This document shows positions 54,301-61,261 of a DNA stretch of 64,000 nt, piece by piece (within the stretch, counting starts at the first letter, position 1; the number at the start of each line of letters is the position of its first letter). The position numbers and the translations under genes are program-made. Under the pieces are notes generated by a model, which saw nothing but the letters and a program-made list of their open reading frames with translations, made no database searches and was not told where the DNA came from. The DNA lies in NCBI GenBank assembly GCA_022705945.1, contig JAKJDL010000008.1, forward strand, positions 642-64,641, written 5' to 3'. This DNA comes from Candidatus Omnitrophota bacterium. GTDB taxonomy: Bacteria; Omnitrophota; Omnitrophia; Omnitrophales; Aquincolibacteriaceae.

Positions 54301-57300
54301 CGAGAACGACCTCATGCGTATATTTTTCCGCCCGGCGGGGATCAAGGGAAAAGATGTTTCTCAGATGCAGCTTGCGAACATCCCTGAAAATTTTCTTGAG
54401 CGACCTCCAGGCTTCCGTTTCGGTCGGATCATAACTCGGGAACACCTCGCCTGAAGAAAAATCCTTCTTTCCCGCGGGAATCTCGGAACGGGCTTCGGAG
54501 CGGGCCGCCGAAGATGCTTCAAGTTCATTCTCAAGCAGAGCGGTATCATTCCAGCGAAACGCTCTTCCGTTGATCACGATTTCGCGTTTTCCCTGAGACC
54601 TTGCCTTGACATTGCTTGTGGCGAGACCTTCCAGAAGCTCGCCCCGGCTTGTCGCAAAGAAATTCTTTCCGTCGATCATGACACCGATCTTTCGCGCGTT
54701 CACTTTCCAAACGATCACTTTGCGTGTCTCGGAGCGGGAAACAACAAGATCCGGGAACCATGCGTGGAATTCACCTTCCGTATATTCCCCGGCGGGGTCC
54801 CTGGCCCAAACATCCATATCTTCCGGCGCGGTTAAATGGATGAAATTTCTTCGCACATCAAGTCGTCGCCCTGTCAGACCGAGCGCGGGATCATTCCGGA
54901 AAGCGCGGGCACGCAAACTGTCGGGGTGCTTTACTGCAGCGTCTTTCGGGTCCGTTTCACCTGCAAATTCATCCTTCATCTGCTGGAGCGTAGACGCATC
55001 CGCCGCAAAAGGGTCCTTCTTGAGCCAGATCGCAATGGTAGGCGTTTCGGCCCCGGTAAAATCTTCGGCAAGTGCGGGAAAAAATGCGTTGTAAGCGGGG
55101 ACTGTTTTTCCGCGATAGGCTACCGGAATATAGTCTTCGTCAGGCAAAGAGAGAAGCCCGATGCGAAAAGCCCTGGGACCCTTTCCAAGCTTTTTGACCT
55201 TGCTCATTCCAAAAGGCGCATCCCAAATACTTGCCAGATGTTCCGGCGACAAGCCTGTTTTTTCCATAAGTTCGTTCGCCGAAAACGCAAGCTGGTCCCC
55301 GGGAACAATTTCTTTTGAAAAATCAAGAACCGCCAGATGCTCTTTGACCGCAGTCCGCTCCTCGTCGTTCAAGGCCTTGTCTCCCAGGGTGGCGACTGCC
55401 GCGTGACGAGAATAATGTTCCCCGAGAACATCTTCCCCGCGAATAGTCCCGGCATCCACCACGCGAACGGCATTGGCGAAATAACCGCGTTTTCCGGCCG
55501 CGCCGAGAACCTCGACGATCGTTTTTTCCGTGATCGTCCCGACAGAAGGCTTAATCAAAAGCACGAGGCTGTCTTTCATATCAGGGTCCTGAAGGCGACG
55601 GCCATTCCCGAAATCCACATAGCCGGTCGTTCCCTCCTTATACAATGCGAACGCTTCAGCTGCGATCTTCTCGGCTGTTCGCATTTCGGAACGGTGCTTT
55701 CCGGTCATTATCTGAAACACCGCCAGCCGGGCATTTGGAATATCAAGAGGTAAAACCCGCTTCTTCCCGGACATCCGGGAACTCATTCCGCTTACGGTAA
55801 CCCCCAAGACTCCCGCGCCCGCGCTTCTCAGTTTGTTCAAAAATTCCGGGATTTTCCGGCCCGAACGGGTTTCCGAGCCGGCAGCCGCAGTATCCGTTCT
55901 TGTTTCCGAACGCGCCCAGTCGGTCAGAATGGAACTTAACGCCTTGACATGATCCCCCGTCACAACATAAGACAAACCGCCGCCGTGGGGATTGATCGTC
56001 GCCATCATCGGTTTTTCAAAAACCCCGGCAATCACGCCGTCTGCTTTCATTTGATCCAGAACGTCTTTAGACTTCACCGCACTCTGAGAGTTCGTCCAAA
56101 AAACCACCGGAGTCTGAAACCCGTTCCGGTCAAGCGCCCGCCACATGCTCTCATGCCACCGCGCTTGATCACGACGTCCCGCATAGTCATCAAAACCGGC
56201 CAGAACCAGGTCGAAGGGACGGCTCGCCAGCGCCAGCCAGAGATCTTCCCGCTGAAAAGAAAGGTCGATCGTTTCAATCGTCGCGGCCGGGCTGATAGCC
56301 TGGGCCAGCTGGCGAAGCGACGTTGCGCCGGCTTTTGTATCCGCAACAAGAATTCTTTTGATCCACGGGAACGCATCCATCGAAAGCGGTGTTATATTTT
56401 TCGCCTCCTCTTTTCCTTTTTCGGAAGCCGAGCTGTCACCGCCCTCGCGCGCTTCACTGCGGGTGAGGCCGGTGTCCGGAATGATTTCGATCCATTCAAC
56501 GTTACTGATATCCGGGATCCTCGCTTGCCGGCTCAGCTCATCCACGGTCACAAAACCAAGAACTTCCTTATAAGCTCCTACTGTGATCTGATAAGTGATC
56601 TCCCGGTGCCGAGGACGCACCAGGACAAGGGTCCCATGAAGCGCTTCCTCAGTAACGCCTTGCGCCTTGAGGAAATCCGAGATTTTTCCGCGGCTATCTC
56701 CGATCAACTCTTTCGAAAAGCGCCGTGTCGGAACTTCCGGACGACCTTGTCCGGTCCTGAAGATCTCATCCTCTCCCCTTGTTTCCGAGCGGACAACCGG
56801 AGCTTTTATTCTGGTCAAAAAGTCCTGTGCGGAAAAAAGCCCGTTGGCGCCCTTGCGGCCTCCGGACACAAGCGGCTCCGACAGGAACCGTCCCGCGGTT
56901 TTTCTCACTCCTTGATCCGGATGATTCCTCGCGACGGCTCTGAGCCGGGCACGCACCATTGCCTCGCTTACCTTCTCCCCGCGAACCTCCGAGCGACCGT
57001 CAACCAAACTCCCGCCGTCTCCGCGGCTTAGATCCAAACGCTTCGGACTGCCCGGCGCCCGCAGTGCTTTCCGTGAAGGTCGTGGGGGAGCTTTTTGCCG
57101 AAGTCGAATTTTATCGATTGTCCGCAGCAATTCGCTCCTCTCGGCTTCCGAACCGTTTACTTTTAAAACTTCCCGCTCCGCCGCGTCCAAGGCTTGACGG
57201 ATTCTGGGATCTTCCTGCAGCCCCTCCATTTCGCGGACAACGTCCGTTGCCTCAGACCACTTCCGAGCACCTGCCTGCCTGTCAAGCGCCTTGACCAGCC

Positions 57301-60300
57301 TGGGTATTTCGATGCGGTCTCTGAAAAAACCCCCGACAGAAGCGGGCATTCTGTTGCGGGAAAACTGAACGGAAAACAAAATGAGGGCTCCTGCGGCCAG
57401 GAATCCGGCCCAGCGGAGTCTCCGGTTGGGAGCGTCCTTTCGTGACGGGATCCCGCCGAGAATGGCTTCTATGGAATAGACCAGCAGAGGTCCCGTCAAA
57501 GCAAGCATCCATGCACCATCATGATGCATCCCGGCCCTCGAAACATGGGGGCTAAAAAAGACCCTTATCGCAAAGAACACGACGGCGGCAGCGCTATAGG
57601 TCAATCCGAAAAAAGCGCTGATCCCTATCACCGGATCCCTCTCTTCCGGCTGCTCGTCCGGAACGGGCGGCATGTCCGGCCATTGAATGACGGGCGCGGC
57701 TTCTTTCCGGGCTTTCAACAGATCGGCAAGAATCCAGGGGGTCATTATCGGCGAAAAAAGAATCCCTATCATCTTCAAAAATCCGGGGACAAACAAAGCG
57801 CTCAAAAAAACAATCCCCGCACTGAAAAAATAGGCTCTTAGCACATTCACGACAAAGGGGTACTGCGAGGCATACCAGGGGAAAAGGAACAAGCCCGCGA
57901 GGCCAAGAAACAGCGCGGCACCTCCCAGATAGGCAATCCCTCCTTCCGTATCCAGCTTTTTCTCCGAGGTCATGAAAAATGACGGCATGAAAAAAAACGC
58001 CAGAAGAACCGCTACGCCGAGAGCAATTCGTTTTTTAAACACTCTGTCCCTCTGGGACGGCGAAGAAGCGGCAACCTCCCGAAGCGTCGGGCCATAATCA
58101 ATGAGACCGCTCCCCAGGAGACCCTGATCGAACAAGGGATCCTTGATCGGGTCCGCATGGCGACGGATAACATTCAAAATTTCCAGGGTTGAAAGATTTG
58201 GATTAAACTCCAGGATCCGCGCGATCATCCCTGCGACCCGGGCCGAAGCAATCGATGTCCCCGCAACCTCAAACGAAGTTACTGAAAAAAAGTTGTTTTC
58301 TTGCAGAAAGTCGCGTCCGGAGGCACAGATATGAACGTGGGACCCGAAATTCGAACGAGCCTCCTTTCCGCGCGGCGTTGCATCGCCGACGCCGATCACG
58401 CCGTCAAACGCCGCCGGGAAATTAGGGTTGCCGTCCGGAATGTTCCCGGCCGCCGCCACCAGGATCGCCCCCGCGTCCGCAAGCCGGCCTATCAAGATCT
58501 TCTCCTCTTCGGTATAAAACTTTCCGCCAAAACTCATGTTCACGACAACGCGTCGGTCAGGATTTGCCTTCATAAAATCCAAAACCGTTCCGAGGGCCTT
58601 GTAATAGCGACCGATGTCGACTTGCCCGGACACCGGGTTGACTACAGCGATTGAAATCACTTCAGCGCTAGGCGTCGATTGCCTGAGCACTTTGGCCACG
58701 ATGCTCCCATGATCCACTCGGGTTTCCTCGTCCCCGCGGACAGGGCCTTCCACAAAAGAGCTTTTTATGCCCGTGTCGAGTACAAAAACAGCAACGAGGT
58801 CCTTCTGCGATGCGGCGACAACCTGCATGGGTAAACCGGTCAACGCCGCAGCCAAGACTACCATTCTGAAAATCCTTAAAAAACTCCCTGACATTTCCGC
58901 AAAGGGCCGGGTTCTTCCGGAACGAGTACGCGTCTCGGCCCGCGAGGCGGTGCCGTCTCCGCCTTTCCAGATGCTACGCTCGACTTCCGGTTGCCGGGCA
59001 GTAGCGGATACGGGAAGGGCGCTCCGCGCGGAAACTAAAAACTGCTGTTGCAGATACCGCTGCCCGACTTCCGCAAGAAATTGCGCGTCGCTTCTAAGGG
59101 GCGGCGCCTGCTGGCTTCGTGCGATATCGCTTCCGAGAAGCACGTTCAGATAGTTTTTCCGGTCATCGATGCCTGCCTTGCCGATCTGCGGCGTGATACC
59201 GATATATGTTGCGCCGGAAGCGGTGATTTTTTCTTTCAAACCGTCCGTGTGAAATCCTCCGGTCACAAGTACCGCTCGCGGTTTTTTTGACGATTTAAGC
59301 CGGGCGAGGGAATTGCGGAACATGATGTCCTCGCGCTCGATAGCAGCCGCATAGAAATCGAGCGCTTTCTGAAAAAGCACCCTGATTTCCCGCGCGGAAC
59401 TCGCCTCCCGGCCGTTGGGCCGGGTCCCGAGTCCCCTGACAAGTTTTTCGGGAGTTATTCCCCGCGATTTGACTTGCTGATATTCTTCCCGGCTCAGTTC
59501 GAGATTAAAAAGTTTCCTCAAAAGCCGGTATTCGCGGAGCGCGGCGGCAAGGCGCTTTTCTTCCGGTGTCACAGCGAGTTTTTCGATGATCAGCTTCGTA
59601 AGCGATTCGATCTCTTTCCGGAGCGCGTCGCCCCCGATCTCCGACATGAGGATGATCTGCTGGATGTACAAGCGGAGGTTCGGATAGGGATCGAACGAGA
59701 AATCGGGCGGAAGGGCGTCGAGCAGGCGCTCGAAAACAAAGCGAGTTTTATAAACCGGGAGATCGTGTTTCGCGGCAGATTCGAAAATTTGCTCAATCTC
59801 TCTCAAAAGGGTCTCGGAACCCGTCGCCCGGGACTCGTTTTGATTTCTCGTTTTTCGATCCCCTGGTTCCGAGGAACTGGTTTCAAGTTTTTGGATAGCA
59901 TTCAAAAATTCCTGTTTCTCCTTCTCAACCTTCGCCGCGTCGATCTTCCCGCCGATCTTTCCCAACCGGAAATAACGGACAAGAACAGGCCAGTCCGTTT
60001 GAGCACGAACGTCCTTGAGATCGACAGGTGCATTTTCATCCGTCGTCCGCCCTCCGTCATTCCATACCGGGTTTTTAAAGGCCGCTGTCTTCAGCACCTC
60101 CAGCCAATCCCCGAGCGGAAGGCGCTCTTCATCGAAATCGGTATAACGGATGAGAAATTCGCGGAGATCTTTATTGAGGGAGATGCCGGCCTGCTTTTGC
60201 CATGCAATGCGTTTGGCGGACAAAAATTTCGAAATTGTTTTGCGGCTCTGATAGACCTTGCGAAATGCGTCGAGACCGGCGCGATACGCTGCGGCTTCTT

Positions 60301-60772
60301 CAACTCCGTAGCCTTTCATGGCGCCGGCCGATTCCATTAAATAAGCTTCCGCTCCGGTAAGTTCGGCAACGCGCAGCAGCCGGTCGTTGATGGTGCGGCG
60401 GAGTTCGGCGTCTCCTCCCGAAAGGTCTATCGAATCGGGACGGAGCTCATAACCTGCGCCCTCCAGATAAACTTCCTTGATATTATAATTTTCACTGAGG
60501 AACCGCAGGATGTCCCTGATGTTCTTCTGGGCATCATAATTGGCGTGAGCTTCCTGGACATGAAGAAGAACCGGAGCGTTCGGACTGCCGAAAATGATCT
60601 CGTGAACTTTGCCTAGCTCGGCCGGAATCTCGAAGTTCTGGACCTGGTTTGCGTGAGCCAGCACTTCCGTCGCGGCATAAGCAAGAGGAGACGGAGTGAG
60701 GGTGTTGGTCGTAAAAAAAGTAACGGCAATCAACCCGGCCAGAAGTCTTTTGATCTTCTTTGAGTAGCTCAT
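39305..60772 (-). CDS. Giant multidomain secreted/membrane polyprotein-like protein (7155 aa): signal peptide, shared N-domain, S8 subtilisin, TM block, receiver-like domain, phosphoglucose isomerase, PPDK-type dikinase module, GT5 glycogen synthase, GT35-like glucan phosphorylase and further unassigned modules
   Basis: Single uninterrupted 21,468-nt ORF. GAGG RBS upstream of the ATG at 60772. Signal peptide [33 protein letters not shown]. Domain motifs are listed in the sub-features below. Confidence 0.85.
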   Translation of the reverse strand: MSYSKKIKRLLAGLIAVTFFTTNTLTPSPLAYAATEVLAHANQVQNFEIPAELGKVHEIIFGSPNAPVLLHVQEAHANYDAQKNIRDILRFLSENYNIKEVYLEGAGYELRPDSIDLSGGDAELRRTINDRLLRVAELTGAEAYLMESAGAMKGYGVEEAAAYRAGLDAFRKVYQSRKTISKFLSAKRIAWQKQAGISLNKDLREFLIRYTDFDEERLPLGDWLEVLKTAAFKNPVWNDGGRTTDENAPVDLKDVRAQTDWPVLVRYFRLGKIGGKIDAAKVEKEKQEFLNAIQKLETSSSEPGDRKTRNQNESRATGSETLLREIEQIFESAAKHDLPVYKTRFVFERLLDALPPDFSFDPYPNLRLYIQQIILMSEIGGDALRKEIESLTKLIIEKLAVTPEEKRLAAALREYRLLRKLFNLELSREEYQQVKSRGITPEKLVRGLGTRPNGREASSAREIRVLFQKALDFYAAAIEREDIMFRNSLARLKSSKKPRAVLVTGGFHTDGLKEKITASGATYIGITPQIGKAGIDDRKNYLNVLLGSDIARSQQAPPLRSDAQFLAEVGQRYLQQQFLVSARSALPVSATARQPEVERSIWKGGDGTASRAETRTRSGRTRPFAEMSGSFLRIFRMVVLAAALTGLPMQVVAASQKDLVAVFVLDTGIKSSFVEGPVRGDEETRVDHGSIVAKVLRQSTPSAEVISIAVVNPVSGQVDIGRYYKALGTVLDFMKANPDRRVVVNMSFGGKFYTEEEKILIGRLADAGAILVAAAGNIPDGNPNFPAAFDGVIGVGDATPRGKEARSNFGSHVHICASGRDFLQENNFFSVTSFEVAGTSIASARVAGMIARILEFNPNLSTLEILNVIRRHADPIKDPLFDQGLLGSGLIDYGPTLREVAASSPSQRDRVFKKRIALGVAVLLAFFFMPSFFMTSEKKLDTEGGIAYLGGAALFLGLAGLFLFPWYASQYPFVVNVLRAYFFSAGIVFLSALFVPGFLKMIGILFSPIMTPWILADLLKARKEAAPVIQWPDMPPVPDEQPEERDPVIGISAFFGLTYSAAAVVFFAIRVFFSPHVSRAGMHHDGAWMLALTGPLLVYSIEAILGGIPSRKDAPNRRLRWAGFLAAGALILFSVQFSRNRMPASVGGFFRDRIEIPRLVKALDRQAGARKWSEATDVVREMEGLQEDPRIRQALDAAEREVLKVNGSEAERSELLRTIDKIRLRQKAPPRPSRKALRAPGSPKRLDLSRGDGGSLVDGRSEVRGEKVSEAMVRARLRAVARNHPDQGVRKTAGRFLSEPLVSGGRKGANGLFSAQDFLTRIKAPVVRSETRGEDEIFRTGQGRPEVPTRRFSKELIGDSRGKISDFLKAQGVTEEALHGTLVLVRPRHREITYQITVGAYKEVLGFVTVDELSRQARIPDISNVEWIEIIPDTGLTRSEAREGGDSSASEKGKEEAKNITPLSMDAFPWIKRILVADTKAGATSLRQLAQAISPAATIETIDLSFQREDLWLALASRPFDLVLAGFDDYAGRRDQARWHESMWRALDRNGFQTPVVFWTNSQSAVKSKDVLDQMKADGVIAGVFEKPMMATINPHGGGLSYVVTGDHVKALSSILTDWARSETRTDTAAAGSETRSGRKIPEFLNKLRSAGAGVLGVTVSGMSSRMSGKKRVLPLDIPNARLAVFQIMTGKHRSEMRTAEKIAAEAFALYKEGTTGYVDFGNGRRLQDPDMKDSLVLLIKPSVGTITEKTIVEVLGAAGKRGYFANAVRVVDAGTIRGEDVLGEHYSRHAAVATLGDKALNDEERTAVKEHLAVLDFSKEIVPGDQLAFSANELMEKTGLSPEHLASIWDAPFGMSKVKKLGKGPRAFRIGLLSLPDEDYIPVAYRGKTVPAYNAFFPALAEDFTGAETPTIAIWLKKDPFAADASTLQQMKDEFAGETDPKDAAVKHPDSLRARAFRNDPALGLTGRRLDVRRNFIHLTAPEDMDVWARDPAGEYTEGEFHAWFPDLVVSRSETRKVIVWKVNARKIGVMIDGKNFFATSRGELLEGLATSNVKARSQGKREIVINGRAFRWNDTALLENELEASSAARSEARSEIPAGKKDFSSGEVFPSYDPTETEAWRSLKKIFRDVRKLHLRNIFSLDPRRAEKYTHEVVLGNGEEIIADLSKNRLTDNVVEEFLRLAEETEVPRAIRMMFEGARINGTEGRAVLHTALRNFSDRPVMLDGRDVMPEIRKVRRQMKDFSEKIISGRWKGYTGKPITDIVNIGIGGSDLGPMMAAEALKPYQARPDLRVHFVSNVDGTHIAETLEGLDPETTLFIIASKQFDTQETLTNAATAKEWFLEKAGDPSFVARHFVAVSTSEERVTGFGIDTRNMFRFWDYVGGRYSLWSAVGLSVACFIGYDNYEELLRGAYDMDEHFRKAPLKENLPVLLALFGIWYNNFFGAQTYAILPYSQSLRRLPAYLQQADMESNGKTVTRDGKRVRWQTGPVIWGEPGTNGQHAFFQLIHQGTKLIPADFLLAASSHYPLGDHQDKLIANAIAQTEALMSGQTREEAYQQLLRDGKTPEEAKKLAPHKVFEGNHPTNTFLFRKLTPRVLGALIAMYEHKIFVQGVIWNVYSFDQWGVQLGKLLAKNILPQLPAGAEVTGHDQSTTALIEMCKKISGRSEVRAFASGAFVSAAAESLPYSSARRSETREKFYQWLLAPGTSSEKTMKSIRSNDRHGAVTIKDNRWMVRSLTGAEIDMYFRLKYLTDDPGYEKRRLSKDLQNLRELLGRRIAVTYLKEKGFQLSEEKGTEFLICGQAELEKHMQEIVRVYFEIAKDDPSSDEALMAWKMLCFYAGTNEVTGTDSEPPAGKTFHEFVRYQWIDPYKFDRSIQLRISQEILRRIKKRLGTITPVQAMIELNTDRALSAEEQEENRSVSFSVRMDGANRMHLQANPLSILLLRGAGFSTYTHAHDESGIEIKPGLIHARKANYAEADKKEHEAGILFAMGGGDAHKPEGWLLVETPREIFQDAVKQKKAALQLINILGKLSGPGGFHPGKKIIIQRVFAGWISRATGAALPENLSLESGMPLGEFLKTVSHGGAAIRSEAREDMPDIRGIKTWGDAFAAIRWILEQGDLTANLDLIFQLSLLLREKKKTLRLNHSRDYDQYPSDLAEQAGHLAAQLLAKTPKPLRRPVKELVLSLPYSAAADTFFNLYSVLWGIAEDLDERLLIHTQFSMKIRETLHGPSFSYEVLPKVQAFLEFLSTGDESAIQREWIFLHDRERELRAELASMTNDERNENEIYSNVKKLEQALVALFEGTSRPDLFGRWLQTQTVKELPSLEKALQLVVDAYEQSPFEKTRQIIAARRTVTEILENANDPRLVHELYVIDRSLGQMLNLSLGAFLQEWGETDADFRDALMLMAELTDELFDSGFITRYTAQWSDLLNDSELSYSQLLDVINVMQRGIQQEFSRWISQYHLAGKSLYGEDHERHERAIALIRKEKFFSVAAINLLEQLKNKAQLQANQNPDKPVNPEAHRNFIKQKAKEPFGEIAHIGDPRFNHQPHKRKTYGGKGCYLGEMDALGLPVPSAFVIPSYVGRYRFYEQFPEQFQVAVQEHLRRLEEEWSKKKGHPVRYGMAPTPLFKEDGEPLFLAVRSGAVFIMPGIFETAVAVGFTPEILEYVLETRGVQSGYRAFLGFVESMATSLGVPHDEFEALMNRFLGDGKNLKWRELRESDLSEMVQEAYGIMERYGVKERFETLYRDPNQQLYFLIEKTFESWGNSKASRYRKEKNISDAWSTPVIVQAYVFGDLNEHSGAGVATSHDPHSGELSFGGDVVFSSGGMNLMQGRGKTEPIGSLQRINPEIYEKLKAGTNLLAEYFGVPQMVEFTVENKKLYLLQTGSDHRVGNTENFPLLDRERISQIPEGHGNVAYGNEGALRGMVALKSSEILRGDLVERVARQKGVEALILVSAFPTPEDTPDLINANRILGTVGKRLMLLTSQGGLSSHAAVVANYDKIPTVVSVQGLNVLRDGSVMLGGGQLREGDLLTVDFGTGDVYAGSLPLMSRDPAAPHPVDRDAANSGMRTELRVGAKDESLSLRSEVRGGVTEEELQETVDRMAARRLDVEAGSGIIPLDVGHSRVRAHALQLGGDGFLLMLEHTGAPSAADINFIPERVFGEKEKILLVQPEDVFEFIKVHDSEDISVNVRNPGEPLILTGNAMRHLGLGPRDPLRSGKIKIYHLRKISGKLPLAGEPGYRELLKDSLQRYRRYGVEDRFRYSFVSGEIVRAFESGYREFKTLFRLFSGIIRASGGRLDLGNLAMVFRDVMVLKPELKDEIREFLVSMAVEDQESDPAMSEDAIKVLQSSSVGEVVLVSPESLWTEGTGGLAKAVSELALTLAHLGVNVTLVAPIYSHNKADVIKQYGFRDTGRVAPVPYDNGGTVQYEDLMIFKTKIRGVRVLGLMNDTVFPRLRGRWSGDPSGYHGADNFKLRFARALSLGALLALREANIHPDVIQTNDWPSAYLKAYLEGRDRIAPALKDLKRDPHFRRTRVTSIFHNLHRDYQGWVYISNDWKTKHLTDEQTRRRNAMVYHDLGLSAQEDWDVLFAPGIWGIINPSFTALKTSDLAVTVSKGYHDRSLDNDYWNEFGGLTGELQYKDSLGRYTGIPNGIEVVTQQRDFLHRWFHDARVLEKMRSDLKNPDWEPGMEGFREYLGKVVRNPSRFVKSFMEIGHERDRRMLAKVVLDYLQPVARRVLLEKTGLAGDPDRVFVHSMLHRIDMQKGHHLLLAEVWTVRDPNGLRLNPQHPPFRLSGNINEQAVPMRNLFADPDVRIQLTEAQARTLREFAKEHGMEALRALDVMLILHPDVRFVVAGSVEKGSSYEKGFNEIASLFSGRVYFRPSFIKTTEEMYDLIYGGSDLFDMPSTFEPCGLSDKEAAANGIMRHLRDVDGLADKLVTRGELTEGFKVFNPVYWLSSLMKMYDVYRYDRPAWREVQYQLLTQDARWIDVARNRYMSGWMNVLGEEPVPEIRTLEVASAIHRARKQKDPADELMKAGYTAREAVDHVVRAIRSSRRESLVRALLTKHLRSLAKIDEETRRYLLEQLEKARKEEPRLVRIESALSALGRSEVREAGIDKGYAPSRRDGLMKKHASPVMGFADFSGPVGGAAVLAVAFSRSSRSEMRSWATKNAPELGNYTVISRQLEAGLSRDILEKLKAKFGEEIAGLVAATTMTGGLGALMHDLFPSWQKNFGAPKKKNIDVFAVNVIYDEIKGQAYAKDLPEEVVSGKKTLGDYLREVLTEDPGFRLSFSLDAGDEFRTKADEWISRTGDALYRKRLQQAREAVDREIRVKVYPTETSVGGMPNFYIEAFYIDDYGKKVQIFDEVYPDAPYGAPNLWRDLQMGVYRKVTELLTLKLQEQGVAKKKILFVDNEVFVSLPTPLLPDALHHHINHSVFTPTIYQPEEASLEVLGYSRALRPYIVRNGKISVTDAAGMTFDLVTGVALYEHTPAVTGGVMPGYADVVDSYNEDGLRSTNGVLLEQWQSPLLRGLTDSYKKKLGMDPASDDRVLFAKLSEPAQALLLSEFKERTEVIKAFLTGRLMLWLKESQNRPAWFDQAMKAYREEFGLTEVYGDRLLADLNRRIRGALENENEWAALLADRRVQALSREFLKTPIVSNVRRQVSYKGPDKWIEVLRALKADPARLEWYKKNAARAVIGGREFGKDAHGLFLEIQDLVRELGLEDKFATIENYNIEVAPVIFQGISASVMLSYEILEASATSMMKGLPNGAALIGVWGGAEPELFTITESATGREVNIFKEHVTYEELAGKLHAGAWKITNGFLVEYAAAGDGKFVLNTVVDGKIQTVNARPPSADSLAGALAELRERYRLSSSRRDLIWKALRSSPVADMEKSQARAHIKLWQRTVVKSGEEKALLEKPGLSPESALRFLSQRAGDDTGFVWRNESPNALEIAPPGPLAFVESARRIRTHAADGYRSVAYHAGKEDIFARIFRYLEGFEREIPDLYKEMLRLKSRAEAATDLLEKVKANLAALRLLDSFVVTLSGNVLKGYIHSRSKEYESLFKNDLFRQNLFFYLETNGRRFGSMNKSLAGFAVQEGADRYIVALNLGEPKYPGIDGGESKAWGQFYGQKEFEWLTGQTDPESATMTYQVLNAITGEVYGMGEDRKPYPFWMLAQGTLPVGVPSPDIQILKLRAAGEMKPEEKRKQLASLILDDLRALVSGEPGEQLRQQKPRVYWLKKMVTYYQHRGPEELKTHLQAVSGIGRDTAIELFGAEGVRPVMAFISALVPELLEDMKDWEGPEEESREVYRALKSVMRDPAVKDLFERGEVFFNDASRGTAIVISRTLKEETGGLEQKRHVVIPIHFAKTPYNKDEGKVWFGIGSISTLGLLPEMIYQARDLILGQVYEKKHTLSALLKEGWRTGIPVVRRKDPAGIRQPGWRFQVLQMVPVGVNRSELRAGAVEISDAAIASAADVAETPIVVPNVAAVPLRAEARSGREQLSVEQTRKMFNQIYAQSILTMKNGVRFEHTQIRVPFRNALLTVSFRADYIREQQPFITKAVRSWVSSWEGEVPPDIAEDLRLNASRYGIPKDMAVHLLAWGKTLGFWDFEGSVLRILDRGAVGLSAPIVPEEASATAEVSASATVSGETLPVDETLRGRLEESISEALPGRTAPFVLRGSRNAKNKGNISQANLKALAEKGFWGRSFYSQPVPEENLAPGVHFIVRLLTDTMESRYPGMNDPSRRLIRGFFGKLYYLNQEASRDYPRLPRDYPRALAGADYRELLEMEESGWKEFGKLDPNMLRDLFMLCGDVFVPMVTSASLNYGRESDAVKVLRGFYKEIVRIPENLPKDPVTWGSLKKALNKFQKDFQMALGDSATFDRPVPVSGKPTRYRQKSAVPVRSETRSQAEPGQTRLVFADPETFIPENIRLGGGTLRGFLGVTEKLTDGIVSLVPYAFGANAVKLIVNAVVPVAQAAETPDDVLAAPVTEPEEKRYADARKIAFRTVEGMDALILTKSFAFDQKALLAVQKVFSGTRIIVLASESELSSADRGFLAQLSPANRPLLLQADHLDDARKLLGREARGRELNLRAMVWGAETLPEELVKRLSDISVMTPQKFASFLRVAGVSQLVERMQAGYLATARSA
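43553..45175 (-). other. Alpha-glucan phosphorylase (GT35)-like module, aa about 5200-5740
   Basis: [41 protein letters not shown] resembles the GGLGxLAGD...LxGVGLLY N-terminal block of bacterial/archaeal alpha-glucan phosphorylases. Weaker than the other calls. Confidence 0.45.
45923..47701 (-). other. Glycogen/starch synthase (GT5)-like module, aa about 4358-4950
   Basis: [40 protein letters not shown] (the KTGGL-type ADP-glucose motif) ... [10 protein letters not shown] ... [34 protein letters not shown] (the PSRFEPCGL...GGLADTV block). Confidence 0.75.
48638..50110 (-). other. PPDK/PEP-synthase-type nucleotide-binding domain plus phospho-histidine swivel domain, without a PEP/pyruvate TIM barrel (dikinase-like), aa about 3555-4045
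   Basis: [25 protein letters not shown]; [25 protein letters not shown]; [31 protein letters not shown] (PPDK_N blocks); then [25 protein letters not shown] (PEP-utilising His domain). No PEP-binding barrel is recognisable afterwards. Confidence 0.7.
52853..54400 (-). other. Complete glucose-6-phosphate isomerase (PGI) module, aa about 2125-2640
   Basis: [94 protein letters not shown] and [15 protein letters not shown] are the conserved PGI blocks, in order. Confidence 0.85.
56003..56359 (-). other. CheY-like receiver-type domain (possibly degenerate), aa about 1472-1590
   Basis: [11 protein letters not shown]...[10 protein letters not shown]...[10 protein letters not shown]...GVFEKP mirrors the receiver beta-strand/Asp/Thr/Lys layout. 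The acidic pocket is partly substituted. Confidence 0.35.
57338..58030 (-). other. Multi-pass transmembrane block (about 6-8 helices), aa about 915-1145
   Basis: Consecutive about 20-aa hydrophobic stretches ([18 protein letters not shown]; [20 protein letters not shown]; [19 protein letters not shown]; [21 protein letters not shown]; [22 protein letters not shown]; [15 protein letters not shown]). Confidence 0.65.
58088..58810 (-). other. Subtilisin-like serine protease (peptidase S8) module, aa about 655-895
   Basis: Catalytic-triad motifs in order: Asp in [10 protein letters not shown], His in VDHGSIVA, oxyanion Asn in NMSFGG, and Ser in [11 protein letters not shown]. Confidence 0.8.
59138..60595 (-). 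other. Shared N-terminal domain (copy 1 of 3), aa about 60-545 of the giant protein
   Basis: [22 protein letters not shown] and [29 protein letters not shown], conserved with the 2359-aa and 729-aa paralogs. Confidence 0.7.
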
Positions 60773-60781
60773 GACCTCGTC

Positions 60782-60819
60782 TTGGAACTGATCTTCTTTT
60801 TTGGAACTGATCTTCTTTT
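60782..60819. repeat. Perfect 19-bp tandem duplication (ttggaactgatcttctttt x2) in the 5' leader of the 7155-aa gene
   Basis: Read directly: 60782-60800 and 60801-60819 are identical. They lie 10-48 nt upstream of the start codon on the coding strand, just before the GAGG RBS. Confidence 0.8.
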
Positions 60820-60965
60820 AAAGTGAACTGGAGAAAACTCACGGAAAAGGTAACACAACTTGGTCAAATTTCAAGCGTTTGAAAAAGTTTTTATCAAAGT
60901 TTGTTTTGATGTTTTCTTTTTAGTTTTAACTATTTTTAGTTTGTTATATTTTGCTATAATCCACA

Positions 60966-61040
60966 ACCCACCCACTCCAACACCGGGACTTAGGCCCGGG
61001 TCTTGGGGTGGGTGGGTTTCGGGGGTGGGGCGGAGGGTGT
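60966..61040. promoter_or_regulatory. GC-rich palindrome (aacccacccac...gtgggtgggtt with inner ccggg/cccgg stem) followed by G-tract cluster (candidate G-quadruplex) in the divergent promoter region
   Basis: Read directly. The outer arms 60966-60976 and 61008-61018 are reverse complements, as are the inner arms 60984-60988 and 60995-60999. Then ggggtgggtgggtttcgggggtggggcggagggtg. Confidence 0.5.
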
Positions 61041-61050
61041 CGTGGATTCG

Positions 61051-61090
61051 TTATGGATATTATGGATATATGGGTACATGGATATTAGCA
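61051..61090. repeat. Clustered TATGGATAT direct repeats (3-4 copies) upstream of the 729-aa paralog
   Basis: ttatggatattatggatatatgggtacatggatatt, about 170 nt upstream of the 61262 start. Possible transcription-factor binding array. Confidence 0.45.
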
Positions 61091-61261
61091 ATACAGTGAC
61101 AATTCTACGCAGTGATGGTTCCATGTTGCCTATGCGGAATTTCTCGGTTACAGTTACATATACTTTTACTTTATGTTTTGTCCATGCTGTTTGTTTTGCT
61201 CGCAACGCTTGTTGATTCGCAAAAAATTTCCGCGGGCGGCACCGCATCATAAAGGACCAAG

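Noticed and set aside
41654-57031. Numerous long plus-strand ORFs (e.g. 41654-42388, 43313-44176, 45974-46723, 47030-47902, 49742-50980, 55949-57031) lying antisense within the 7155-aa gene
   Set aside because: They are entirely contained in a minus-strand ORF that carries multiple recognisable catalytic domains. Their translations are Arg/Pro/Gly-rich low-complexity with no motifs, as expected for shadow frames in GC-rich DNA.
39305-60772. RSETR motif as a DNA-level interspersed repeat (REP/MITE-like)
   Set aside because: The nucleotide sequences encoding the motif differ between instances (different Ser/Thr/Arg codons) while the peptide is conserved. So it is selected at the protein level.
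60782-60819. Possible CRISPR array
   Set aside because: Only two contiguous repeat units with a 1-nt spacer, no spacers of CRISPR size and no cas genes. It is a tandem duplication, not CRISPR.
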